Of a stretch of DNA of 64,000 bases, positions 1-8,395 are shown in pieces. The notes beneath the pieces were generated by a model that was not told the DNA's origin, ran no database searches, and saw nothing but the letters and a program-made list of their open reading frames with translations. The DNA is from Candidatus Binataceae bacterium (lineage in GTDB: Bacteria > Desulfobacterota > Binatia > Binatales > Binataceae): positions 77,020 to 141,019 of the forward strand of contig DASXMJ010000023.1 in NCBI GenBank assembly GCA_036495685.1, written 5' to 3'. Position 1 is the stretch's first letter. Every line of letters begins with the position of its first letter. The position numbers and the translations under genes are program-made.

Positions 1-155
1 CGAATTACCGATGCTATTCCGTGGACGCCGAGGGAGCTCGCGATCAGATCGGCTGCGACGCGCTCGTTGCCAGGCGGATTGCTGGTGTCCAGCCGGACAA
101 GCGCGCGCAGGATATCGAGCGCCTCGTTCTGAATACCCTCCCACGGAATCTTCAT
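1..155 (-). CDS. M20 family metallopeptidase (ArgE/DapE-like), N-terminal fragment; the gene continues past the window start
   Basis: Minus-strand translation from the ATG at 153-155 gives MKIPWEGIQNEALDILRALVRLDTSNPPGNERVAADLIASSLGVHG, a typical M20 N-terminus. A GAGGA RBS lies about 15 nt upstream. It is not in the ORF track because it is truncated by the window edge. Confidence 0.45.
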   Translation of the reverse strand, partial: MKIPWEGIQNEALDILRALVRLDTSNPPGNERVAADLIASSLGVHGIASVI

Positions 156-291
156 CACCGTAACTTCAGGTCCTCTCGATGTTGTTCGACCGCTGCGAAT
201 AATGCGGGGAACCAGCGATTCCCGCAAGGGGAACCAAATGGTGACCCGCACCTGCGTTTCGGTCTAGTCTGGCTCTGGAGCTCCACAGAAA

Positions 292-1068
292 TTGCGCATC
301 ACCTGCATCGAGCGCGTACTAATCGCGACCCCTTCCATCGCGGAGTCTCGCCGGCAATGGGCACGCGCTGGCTTTGCCATCGCGCCGAATGAAACTGAGC
401 TCGGGAGAGTCCGCTTCGTGGGACTGGCTGCGGGAGCGATCGAGATCGACTTGTGCGAGCCTGCCGGTGTCAACGCTACCCCGCTAGCGGCCGCGGTCGG
501 CGAGGCGGCCTCGCGTGGGGGCGGAATCATCGGATGGACCTGGGGAGTTGCTCGGGGCGAGCGGCATTCGAACATGCCCATCCAGCTGCCCGGAGTGGAA
601 GCGCGTGCACTTCCGCAGGAGCTCAGCGGCGTCTTTACCGCCGCGCTCGAAGTCACTGCCGATCAGAGCGCGCGTTGCCAGAGGCACCGCGAGACCTTCG
701 GAAGCAATCCGAACACGGTGGAATTTCTTGAGCACATCGTGGTGATGGCGCCAGCGCTCGACGACGCGATCGCGACCCACGAAGCCCTCGGAATTCCTTG
801 CAAGCGCATCCGTGAGGTCGGCGGCGGCACGCGCCAGGCGTTCTTCAAACTCGAGCGGACCGTCATCGAGGTCGTAGGGCCAACTCGTGATCGCACTGGA
901 TGCTGGGGGCTCGCGTTCATGTGCAGTGACATCGCACGGGCGGTCGCGGTGGTGCGGGAAAACGGGCTTGCGGCTACCGAACCAAAACCGGCCGTCCAGG
1001 GCGGCCTGATTGCCCGCATCGTCGATCCGATCGAGGGCGTGTCCATCGCCTTCATGCAGGCGCCGTGA
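292..1068 (+). CDS. VOC (glyoxalase/bleomycin-resistance/dioxygenase) superfamily protein with two modules
   Basis: A 258-aa ORF with two beta-alpha-beta-beta-beta-like modules (IERVLIATPSIAES... and EFLEHIVVMAPALDDAIATHEALGI...). The exact start is uncertain. Confidence 0.55.
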   Translation: MRITCIERVLIATPSIAESRRQWARAGFAIAPNETELGRVRFVGLAAGAIEIDLCEPAGVNATPLAAAVGEAASRGGGIIGWTWGVARGERHSNMPIQLPGVEARALPQELSGVFTAALEVTADQSARCQRHRETFGSNPNTVEFLEHIVVMAPALDDAIATHEALGIPCKRIREVGGGTRQAFFKLERTVIEVVGPTRDRTGCWGLAFMCSDIARAVAVVRENGLAATEPKPAVQGGLIARIVDPIEGVSIAFMQAP

Positions 1069-1199
1069 CTTCGAACGGAACGTGCTTCTGAATCCGCGGC
1101 ATCCGGTTCCACCGCTTTTGCCGACCCCCTGACGGCAGAGCTTTTGCGCCGCCCTCAGCGATGAATGAGAAGAGAATTCTGGGGACTTCGAACGGGATC

Positions 1200-1991
1200 T
1201 CAATTCCCCTTGAAGTCGGGCGCGCGCCGCTCCAGGAAAGACTGCAACCCTTCCTTGAAATCATTCGATCGAAACAGGATCAGCAGTTGGGTCAAGACGT
1301 GATGGGTATGCGACTCGAAGTCTTCGCTTAGGCCGTGGCGGAACAGCCGCTTCATCGCCCTGATCCCGAGCGGGGCGTTCGCCGCTATCTTTTCTGCCCA
1401 GCGCATCGATTCCGCCATCAGGTCGTCGTGCGTGACGATCTGGTTTACCAGCCCCAATTCGACCGCACGCTGCGGGGTAATGTCGTCAGCAATGAAACCG
1501 ATCTCGCACGCCCGTGCCCATCCCACCAGCCGTGGCAAATACCAGGTGCCGCCACTCTCCGGCACGATGCCGCGCTTGGCGAATGCCGGCGCGAGTTTCG
1601 CGCGATCGCTCATCAGGCGCAGGTCGCAACCGAGCGCCAAATCGAACCCGTAACCGGCCGCCGGACCGTTAATCGCGCAGATGACCGGAGTGTCGATGCG
1701 ATGAAGCGTCACGGTCGGAATTTCCAGCGTGCTCAGATGTGAGACCCCGCCACTACCGAGCGTGCCGCCGATACCGCTACCGGCAGCAGTGTCTTTGAGA
1801 TCCAGCCCGGAACAGAATCCGCGGCCCTCGCCAGTCAGAACAATCGCGCGCACGTCGCTATCGCGGTCGTACTCAGTCAGCCTCAGACCCAGCGCGGTAA
1901 GCATCTCCACGCTGATCGCATTCATTCGATCGGGACGATTCAGTCTAAGGACCGCGACATGTCCCTTTTTTTCGGCAATTAAATCACTCAT
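1200..1991 (-). CDS. enoyl-CoA hydratase/isomerase (crotonase family)
   Basis: 263 aa; starts HVAVLRLNRPDRMNAIS and carries the oxyanion-hole motif GEGRGFCSGLDLKD. Confidence 0.85.
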   Translation of the reverse strand: MSDLIAEKKGHVAVLRLNRPDRMNAISVEMLTALGLRLTEYDRDSDVRAIVLTGEGRGFCSGLDLKDTAAGSGIGGTLGSGGVSHLSTLEIPTVTLHRIDTPVICAINGPAAGYGFDLALGCDLRLMSDRAKLAPAFAKRGIVPESGGTWYLPRLVGWARACEIGFIADDITPQRAVELGLVNQIVTHDDLMAESMRWAEKIAANAPLGIRAMKRLFRHGLSEDFESHTHHVLTQLLILFRSNDFKEGLQSFLERRAPDFKGN

Positions 1992-2226
1992 CGAGATCTC
2001 CTCAACGCACCGGTCCCTACCATATCCACCTCAGACCCAACAACGTTTTCGATTCCTTGATCGTATTCGGCGGCACGCCTCCCACTCGCGTTCTTCCCGC
2101 GGGTGCCGCGCGGCGTGTGGAGAACACGTACGTCTGGGCCATCTGAACCGGCGAAGTCCGATGCCCGAATCTCCAGCGTGACGTCGTCACGGCGGCCCAC
2201 TCAAAAGCGCAGAGTAGCCATAAAAA

Positions 2227-4671
2227 CTACGGCTCCGAGTAAGCCGCTTTGTACTGCTCGTGCAGTTTCTCTTGGGCGGCCGCAGCCTCATCCGCGGTAT
2301 TATAAGGGCCGATTCGCACCGCATACTGCGTCTCTCCGTTTATAGTTCTGGTTTTCTCGCACGCTTTGTACCCGAGCCCCGCGATGCGCCCGACCATCGC
2401 GTCCGCTTCGCTCTTCTCGCTTACCGCACTCACCTCAATGTTGTAGCGGTGAGGCGTCGGCACGCATTGTGATGGAGCTGGGCCAGTGGATGGCGCGCTT
2501 TCAGTCGCGGACTCCTCATCCCCGGAAGCAGCCTCCGAGGAAATGATCGTCGTTTTCGATCGCGGGAGCGATGGCGCCGGCTCATTGCGTCTTTCAGTCG
2601 ATGCCATTTTCCCATGTTTTGGCGTGTTCGGTTTCACCACCATTGGCGGTGCAGGTTCGGCTGGGCCTCTGGATTCGGGCATGCTCTCGGGCGGCCGCGG
2701 CGGAATCGCCTTGCTCGCCTGGACCGGCGCCACGGTTGGCTGCGTCGCATTTTCTTCTCGGTAACGCTTCCAGCGGTCAATTCCGGAGGAAAGCGCGAGC
2801 AGCAACACAACGACCAAGCCTATCCGCAATCTCCCACGGCGGCGACACAGACCCCGCGTGCTACGGCGACCATCGTCACGGGGTGAAGGCTCGCGAGCTT
2901 CGCCGAAAACGAATTGCTCCCGCTCGAGACCTCGCTCTCTCCCACGAGCTTCAGGCGCGGCCCGGGGAATCGGAGGGGGCTCACGCCGGGGACCCGTCGC
3001 GGTGTCGGACGGCAACTCGATAACTTTACTGGGCTGCTCAGAAGCCGCCGCCCACAGCACCGCGAAAACGCGATGCGAACCGCTAAGTCCCTTGAGGTTC
3101 AGATCCCGACCACCATCAAAGCGAATATCGCCGGCGCTCTCGGTCATCGCCTTGAAGGTCGCCGACACTAGGATCTGTGCACCGCTGGCGGCGGCGCCGA
3201 TTCGCGCCGCCAGGACCACCGTTTTTCCGAAAAAGTCACCCGCCTCGCGGATCGCCTCGCCGGTGTTGAGACCGATGCGCACCCGCAGGGGTGCCTCGGG
3301 ATGCTGCTTCGAGTACGTTGCCAGCCATCGCTGGATCTCCACCGCGCACAGCAACGCGCGGCGCGCACTCGAAAACGCAACCATGAAACCATCACCCATG
3401 GTTTTAACTTCGTAGCCGCCCTCCTTGGCGACCTGCTCGCGAACCGCACGATTGTGGATTTGAAAGACCTCCTGCGCGCGCAGATCGCCGAGCTTCTCGA
3501 TGATCAGGGTGGAGTTCTCGATGTCCGAAAACATGATGCTCACGGTTCCATCAGGAGCCGCGTGGCCGCTCAGATTCGGCCGCTCCACCATCACGGTCGA
3601 TGCCATCTGGTCCATCGCCCCACGCGAGGAGCCGGCGATGGTGTGCAGCGTCTCTCGGACCATCGCTGCACTCAGGGGCCGCTCCGCCGGGGTCTTCGCG
3701 AGCAGTTTCAGCACCAGAGCATCAAGCGCCGGCGAGATGCCCGGAGCATGCTTTGAGGGCACTTCCGGTACCGCGTTGACGTGCTGCGAGATAATGGCCA
3801 TCAGATCGTCGCCGATGAACGGCGGACGACCGGTGAGCAATTCGTAGATCAGCGCGCCCAGTGAATAGAGATCGCTTCGCGGCTCGAGCGCGCGCCCCAC
3901 CGCCTGCTCAGGCGACATATAGGCAGCCGTCCCGACCATCATCCCATGCGACGTAATGCGCGATTGATCGGGTGCAATCGCAAGGCCGAAATCACCGAGC
4001 AGCGGCGTACCGTCGCCGGAAAGAAACACATTGGCGGGCTTGATGTCGCGATGGACGATGCCGAGCGAATGCGCATATTCAACTCCAAGACACAGCTGTT
4101 CGGCGATTCGAATGGTATCGGTGACCGGCAAACGATGACCGGGTGCGTGGCGCAGCAAATCGCTGAGCGAACCCCCAGGCACATATTGGCTGACGATGTA
4201 GGGGCGGCCCTGCTCCGCTTCGCCGATGTCGTAGATGCCGACGATATGCGGGTGGTCGCCGAGGCGGCCCATCGCGCGTGCCTCGCGCAGAACTCGCGCG
4301 CGGCCCGCGTCGTCCAGCCCCTCGACCCGAAACAAGGCAACCGCCACATCGCGATCCAAGGTCTCGTCGTGGGCGAGGTAGACGACCTTGCTGCCGCCCT
4401 CGCCCAGGATCCGACGCACGCGATAGCGCCCGCCGGCGATCGACTCCACCTGGGGCTGGGCCGCGGCGGAGGGTGGGCCCGCGGTACCCACCCCAGAGCC
4501 TAACGACGAATTGGAGCGCGCGGAAAGCGACTTACCGCATCTACCGCAGAACTTCTCATCGGCGCGGTTGCTGGCGCCGCATACGGAGCAGGCAACTTCG
4601 AGCGCCGCCCCGCATTGGCCACAGAAACTACGCCCCTCGGCGTTAGCGCTGCCACAGGACCCACACAGCAC
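2227..4671 (-). CDS. multidomain signalling protein: double zinc ribbon - Ser/Thr protein kinase - class III adenylyl/guanylyl cyclase - TM helix - SPOR domain
   Basis: 814 aa. The N-terminus has two CxxC...CxxC ribbons. Kinase motifs are present: GEGGSKVVY, HRDIKPAN, DFG, SPE. The cyclase domain carries FSDIENST, KTMGDGFMVAF and RIGLNTGEA. A hydrophobic helix LRIGLVVVLLLALSSGI follows. The C-terminal roughly 75 aa match the SPOR pattern (YNIEVSAVSEKSEADAMVGRIAGLGYKA...YAVRIGPYNTADEA). Confidence 0.85.
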   Translation of the reverse strand: MLCGSCGSANAEGRSFCGQCGAALEVACSVCGASNRADEKFCGRCGKSLSARSNSSLGSGVGTAGPPSAAAQPQVESIAGGRYRVRRILGEGGSKVVYLAHDETLDRDVAVALFRVEGLDDAGRARVLREARAMGRLGDHPHIVGIYDIGEAEQGRPYIVSQYVPGGSLSDLLRHAPGHRLPVTDTIRIAEQLCLGVEYAHSLGIVHRDIKPANVFLSGDGTPLLGDFGLAIAPDQSRITSHGMMVGTAAYMSPEQAVGRALEPRSDLYSLGALIYELLTGRPPFIGDDLMAIISQHVNAVPEVPSKHAPGISPALDALVLKLLAKTPAERPLSAAMVRETLHTIAGSSRGAMDQMASTVMVERPNLSGHAAPDGTVSIMFSDIENSTLIIEKLGDLRAQEVFQIHNRAVREQVAKEGGYEVKTMGDGFMVAFSSARRALLCAVEIQRWLATYSKQHPEAPLRVRIGLNTGEAIREAGDFFGKTVVLAARIGAAASGAQILVSATFKAMTESAGDIRFDGGRDLNLKGLSGSHRVFAVLWAAASEQPSKVIELPSDTATGPRREPPPIPRAAPEARGRERGLEREQFVFGEAREPSPRDDGRRSTRGLCRRRGRLRIGLVVVLLLALSSGIDRWKRYREENATQPTVAPVQASKAIPPRPPESMPESRGPAEPAPPMVVKPNTPKHGKMASTERRNEPAPSLPRSKTTIISSEAASGDEESATESAPSTGPAPSQCVPTPHRYNIEVSAVSEKSEADAMVGRIAGLGYKACEKTRTINGETQYAVRIGPYNTADEAAAAQEKLHEQYKAAYSEP

Positions 4672-4777
4672 CCGCCTATTGTAACCAGACGCTTCGCCGA
4701 GGACACACGGGTGTACAGCAAATTCCTGCCGCCTAGGGAGCTGCGATCGATCCCGGCGAAATCCGCGAAATTGGCTG

Positions 4778-5749
4778 CTACGCGGATGCGATCCGGAAGC
4801 CCAGCTTCGGAAAGTGGTTCACAATCTTGCCTAGCTGCGAATCTTCGCGTTCAATCGCAATCTCGTAAGCCGAACTCGCCACCACCATCCCCGTCACCGG
4901 ATCGAAGCCGTAGTCTTCCGGTGTCACCGAGACCCGCGCCCCGGGCTTGAGCTCGTTGGGATCGCCGCTGTCCGCGGATTGTTTCGTCCCCGGGGTGCTC
5001 TCTTTCGCGATCTTGAGTGCCTCGTCCGCGTCCATCGGATTAACGTCGCCGTATCCCATCGCGTCGATTCGTTCAAACCACCTCATGAGGCTCGCACACT
5101 TCTGCGCCATCGCGAATGCACCCGGCTCGGCCCGCAGGAACCACACGCAATGGAAGCATGCGGCATCTGCGAGACTGAACGACGAGCCGAGGATGAAGGG
5201 CTGGTCGGCGAGCGTGCGATCCAGGTTGTCGAGGTAGGCGCGCACATAGTTGCGCGCATCGGGGGCAAGCAACGTGAGCTCTTCGAAATTGGCGCCGCGC
5301 ATCATCTTGGAGCGGTCGTCGAGAAACTCCTTACCGATCAGCGGCGCCAGCTTCTCAAAGATCACCGGGGTGGTGGAAAAGAAGAATCGTCGATCGGCGA
5401 ACAGGTTGATCATGAGACACGCCGCCTGCGTCCCGTGCGGATAGCTGGTCGGCTCCGGGAACAGTTCGTCGATTTTGCGGATGATAATCCCGGTGTCGCA
5501 CCACACGTCGGCGCCGATTTGGAGCACCGGAATGCGCCGATAGCCACCGGTCAACGGAATCAGCTTGGGCTTGGGCATGATGACCGGCTGCTCGACCGAT
5601 CGCCAGCTTACTTTCTTATGCGCAAAAATCTTCCGGATCTTTTCGGAAAACGGCGAGCTCGCATACTGATGAAGAATTATCTCGGGCACTGGGTCGCTCC
5701 TGACCTCGGCGCGGGATGGCAGCGCCAAGTCCGAGAGAGTTAACCACAA
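4778..5749 (-). CDS. glutathione S-transferase family protein
   Basis: 323 aa. It has a thioredoxin-like N-terminus (ILHQYASSPFSEKIRKIF...IPVLQIG) and an alpha-helical GST C-terminal region. Confidence 0.65.
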   Translation of the reverse strand: MWLTLSDLALPSRAEVRSDPVPEIILHQYASSPFSEKIRKIFAHKKVSWRSVEQPVIMPKPKLIPLTGGYRRIPVLQIGADVWCDTGIIIRKIDELFPEPTSYPHGTQAACLMINLFADRRFFFSTTPVIFEKLAPLIGKEFLDDRSKMMRGANFEELTLLAPDARNYVRAYLDNLDRTLADQPFILGSSFSLADAACFHCVWFLRAEPGAFAMAQKCASLMRWFERIDAMGYGDVNPMDADEALKIAKESTPGTKQSADSGDPNELKPGARVSVTPEDYGFDPVTGMVVASSAYEIAIEREDSQLGKIVNHFPKLGFRIASA

Positions 5750-5839
5750 CCGCGCCGGGACACAAAGTCACAATATTTGGCTTCGCATCTTTGTGCCCGG
5801 GTGGTGGCTCTGCCTGAAAAACTGATAGCTTGCCCACCC

Positions 5840-6496
5840 ATGTACGAGAATCCCGAATTCGACCTCTATGAAGCAATTTACACCACGCGCTCCATGCGCC
5901 GGCTCAAGCCCGATCCGGTCCCACCCGCCCTCATCGTTAAAGTCATCGAGGCCGCGACCATGGGTCCAAGCGGCGGCAATCGCCAGCCCTGGAAATTCGT
6001 GGTCGTGCGGGATGCTGATACCAAGACGTTCGTGGGCGAACGCTACCTGCGGGCGTGGAAGATGTATTTCACCGGCAAAGCGCGGGCGCTCGCCGAGAAT
6101 GATCCGCAAAGTCCGCAGGGCCGCATCCTGCGTTCGGCCAACTATCTTGCCGAGCATATCGCCGAAGTCCCGGTCATGATCTTCTGCTGCGTAAAGCGCT
6201 ACATCGACGCGGGCCGGGTCGGACAGCCCATGGTCAACGCGATCTTTCCCGCGATCCAGAATCTCTGCCTGGCGGCGCGCGGCTATGGCCTGGGCACGTC
6301 GATTACCGGACTGCACACGCGATTCGGCGAGGAGGTGAATGCGAGGCTCGGCGTCCCAAGCGAATACGTGAACGTCGCCCTGATTCCGCTGGGCTATCCC
6401 AAGGGAAGGTGGGACCGTCCCGCCCGCAAAGCGGCTCTGGAAGTGACTTTCTGGGAGAAATGGGGCAAAGCCAGCAGCTCGATTCCGCCCGAATAA
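5840..6496 (+). CDS. nitroreductase family protein
   Basis: Contains RSMRRLKPDPV and PSGGNRQPWKFVVV, typical of NAD(P)H nitroreductases. The start is set at MYENPEF, internal to the track ORF. Confidence 0.8.
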   Translation: MYENPEFDLYEAIYTTRSMRRLKPDPVPPALIVKVIEAATMGPSGGNRQPWKFVVVRDADTKTFVGERYLRAWKMYFTGKARALAENDPQSPQGRILRSANYLAEHIAEVPVMIFCCVKRYIDAGRVGQPMVNAIFPAIQNLCLAARGYGLGTSITGLHTRFGEEVNARLGVPSEYVNVALIPLGYPKGRWDRPARKAALEVTFWEKWGKASSSIPPE

Positions 6497-6533
6497 CCCA
6501 GCCGGACGCCGGGTTGCCGGTTAGAGCTCTTTT

Positions 6534-6746
6534 TCAGTTTTCGATCACCACCAGCACGACGTTGCGCTGAACCTGATCGCCGGCCTTGACCCGCACTTCC
6601 CGGATCCGCCCCGCAACAGTCGCCTTGATGGGAATTTCCACCTTCATCGACTCGATGACCATGATTTCCTCGCCGCGCGCGACCTGCGCGCCCGTCTCCA
6701 CGTTCACTCGCAGTACTTTGCCAACCGCAGGGCTTTTCAAATCCAT
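6534..6746 (-). CDS. stand-alone biotin/lipoyl attachment domain protein (biotin carboxyl carrier-like, 70 aa)
   Basis: The whole protein is a single biotinyl domain with an ESMKVE biotinylation lysine motif and a GDQVQ hammerhead motif. Confidence 0.75.
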   Translation of the reverse strand: MDLKSPAVGKVLRVNVETGAQVARGEEIMVIESMKVEIPIKATVAGRIREVRVKAGDQVQRNVVLVVIEN

Positions 6747-6927
6747 TGGTTCTGCGATTCCTTTCCCACCGCCCGCTAACGCCTCTTAGCAACCATGACC
6801 CTCGGCGCGCCAACGCTGCGCACCGAGGTTGTACCTTGAGTTTGCGCGCTGCGCAGATGTACTAAGAAGGCATAGGGCGGGCTTTTGGGGACCGGTGGGT
6901 CCGAATATAAAAGTCGGCTATGGGGTG

Positions 6928-8289
6928 ATGGCTTTGGCGATGAACGGCCGGATGAGTGGATTTGTCGCTGCTCGTACGCTCAATATTTACCCGCGCGGCG
7001 CATATCGCTGGCGCCTCCTGCTCCTGACCGTGCTCGCCTCGATCCTGGGAGCGTACGAATTCCAGCTGGCACCCCTGCTCTCCCTGCTGCTTCCGGACAT
7101 TCACATGAGCACCATCGCCTACGGGTGGTTCATAACCTTCGCGGTAATGACCTCCGCTATCTCGGCGTTTTATGGCGGACCGCTCGCCGATCGCTATGGA
7201 CGAGTGCTGATCATCGATCTCTGCCTCGGTGCGGTGACCGTCCTCGTGTTCCTAAACCTTTTCATGTACAACGCCGTCTCCTTCGTAATCATTCGCACCC
7301 TGATGAGCGTCGTCGGGGGCCTGATGGCCGGCGCCGGCGCGGCTCTAATCCGTGACATGTCGCCGCGACTCAGCCGCGCGCTGGCGTTCGGCCTGCTGAC
7401 TATTGGCCCGGTCGGGGCAAACTTTCTCTCCAATTTCATCGCGGGCCATACGCTGCCAATCTTCCACACCTGGCAATCGCAGATCTGGATCACCGGCTTT
7501 CTCGGAATTGCGATGTATCTTCCGATCCTGCTCGGCCTAAAGGACCTGAGTCCTGACTTACGGGTCCAGATTTTCCGCAGCGAGGTGGCCGCGATGCAGG
7601 CCGAGGGTCGCGCCCCGGCGGCGTCCGAGCTGCCCTCAAGCACGCGCGACGCGTTCGGGCGGTTGCTCAAGCATTTTGAAGTCTGGTTGCTGGTGGTAGG
7701 GGTGGTCGCCAATCTGACACTCTATTTCACGATTCAACCCTTCGGACCGCTGATGTTCACCCAGGCTTTTCACTACACCCCCGCTGCGGCCGCGAGCATG
7801 AATGCCCACTTCTGGCTGGCAAACCTGGCGGCGCTGGTGGTGACCGGGTTCATTTCGGATCGTCTTCAGACCCGAAAACCCATCGCCATCTTCGGGGGAC
7901 TCCTGTCTTGTGCCCTCCTGGTGTGGTGGATTCCCACCTTCGGCCATACCCTGCCCCGCTTCACGATGGCCATTGTCGCAACCACGCTTGGATGCTTCCT
8001 TGCCATAGGCTACGTGCCGTGGGCAGCCCAGTTCTCTGAAACGCTCGAAGACGTGTCGCCCGCGCTTCAGGCAACCGGATGGGCGTTCTTCGGTATGATG
8101 GCTCGCGGATGGGCCGCTATCGCCGCACCGCTCACCCTATATGTGGCCGCCCACTATGGCTGGGCATCGTGGATCAAGGTGTCGCTTGGCGGAATGGTAC
8201 TGTACCTGATCGCGATGGTGCTGACGCGACCGCATGGCGCCGCTCAACACGCGGTCGCCCGTCCCTCCACCAAAGCCGCGCAGGCCTGA
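6928..8289 (+). CDS. MFS transporter
   Basis: About 450 aa and highly hydrophobic, with about 12 predicted helices and MFS-like loop motifs. The start is chosen at an internal ATG (MALAMNGR). Confidence 0.7.
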   Translation: MALAMNGRMSGFVAARTLNIYPRGAYRWRLLLLTVLASILGAYEFQLAPLLSLLLPDIHMSTIAYGWFITFAVMTSAISAFYGGPLADRYGRVLIIDLCLGAVTVLVFLNLFMYNAVSFVIIRTLMSVVGGLMAGAGAALIRDMSPRLSRALAFGLLTIGPVGANFLSNFIAGHTLPIFHTWQSQIWITGFLGIAMYLPILLGLKDLSPDLRVQIFRSEVAAMQAEGRAPAASELPSSTRDAFGRLLKHFEVWLLVVGVVANLTLYFTIQPFGPLMFTQAFHYTPAAAASMNAHFWLANLAALVVTGFISDRLQTRKPIAIFGGLLSCALLVWWIPTFGHTLPRFTMAIVATTLGCFLAIGYVPWAAQFSETLEDVSPALQATGWAFFGMMARGWAAIAAPLTLYVAAHYGWASWIKVSLGGMVLYLIAMVLTRPHGAAQHAVARPSTKAAQA

Positions 8290-8395
8290 GGGCAGCAGAA
8301 CTCCGCCGCACCCAGAAACGAAGGTAGAAGCGCGCCGAACAATTGCCCTCCACGGGTCTCGGTCCGGGAGCGGCAGAGATTGGCGATGGCCCCGG

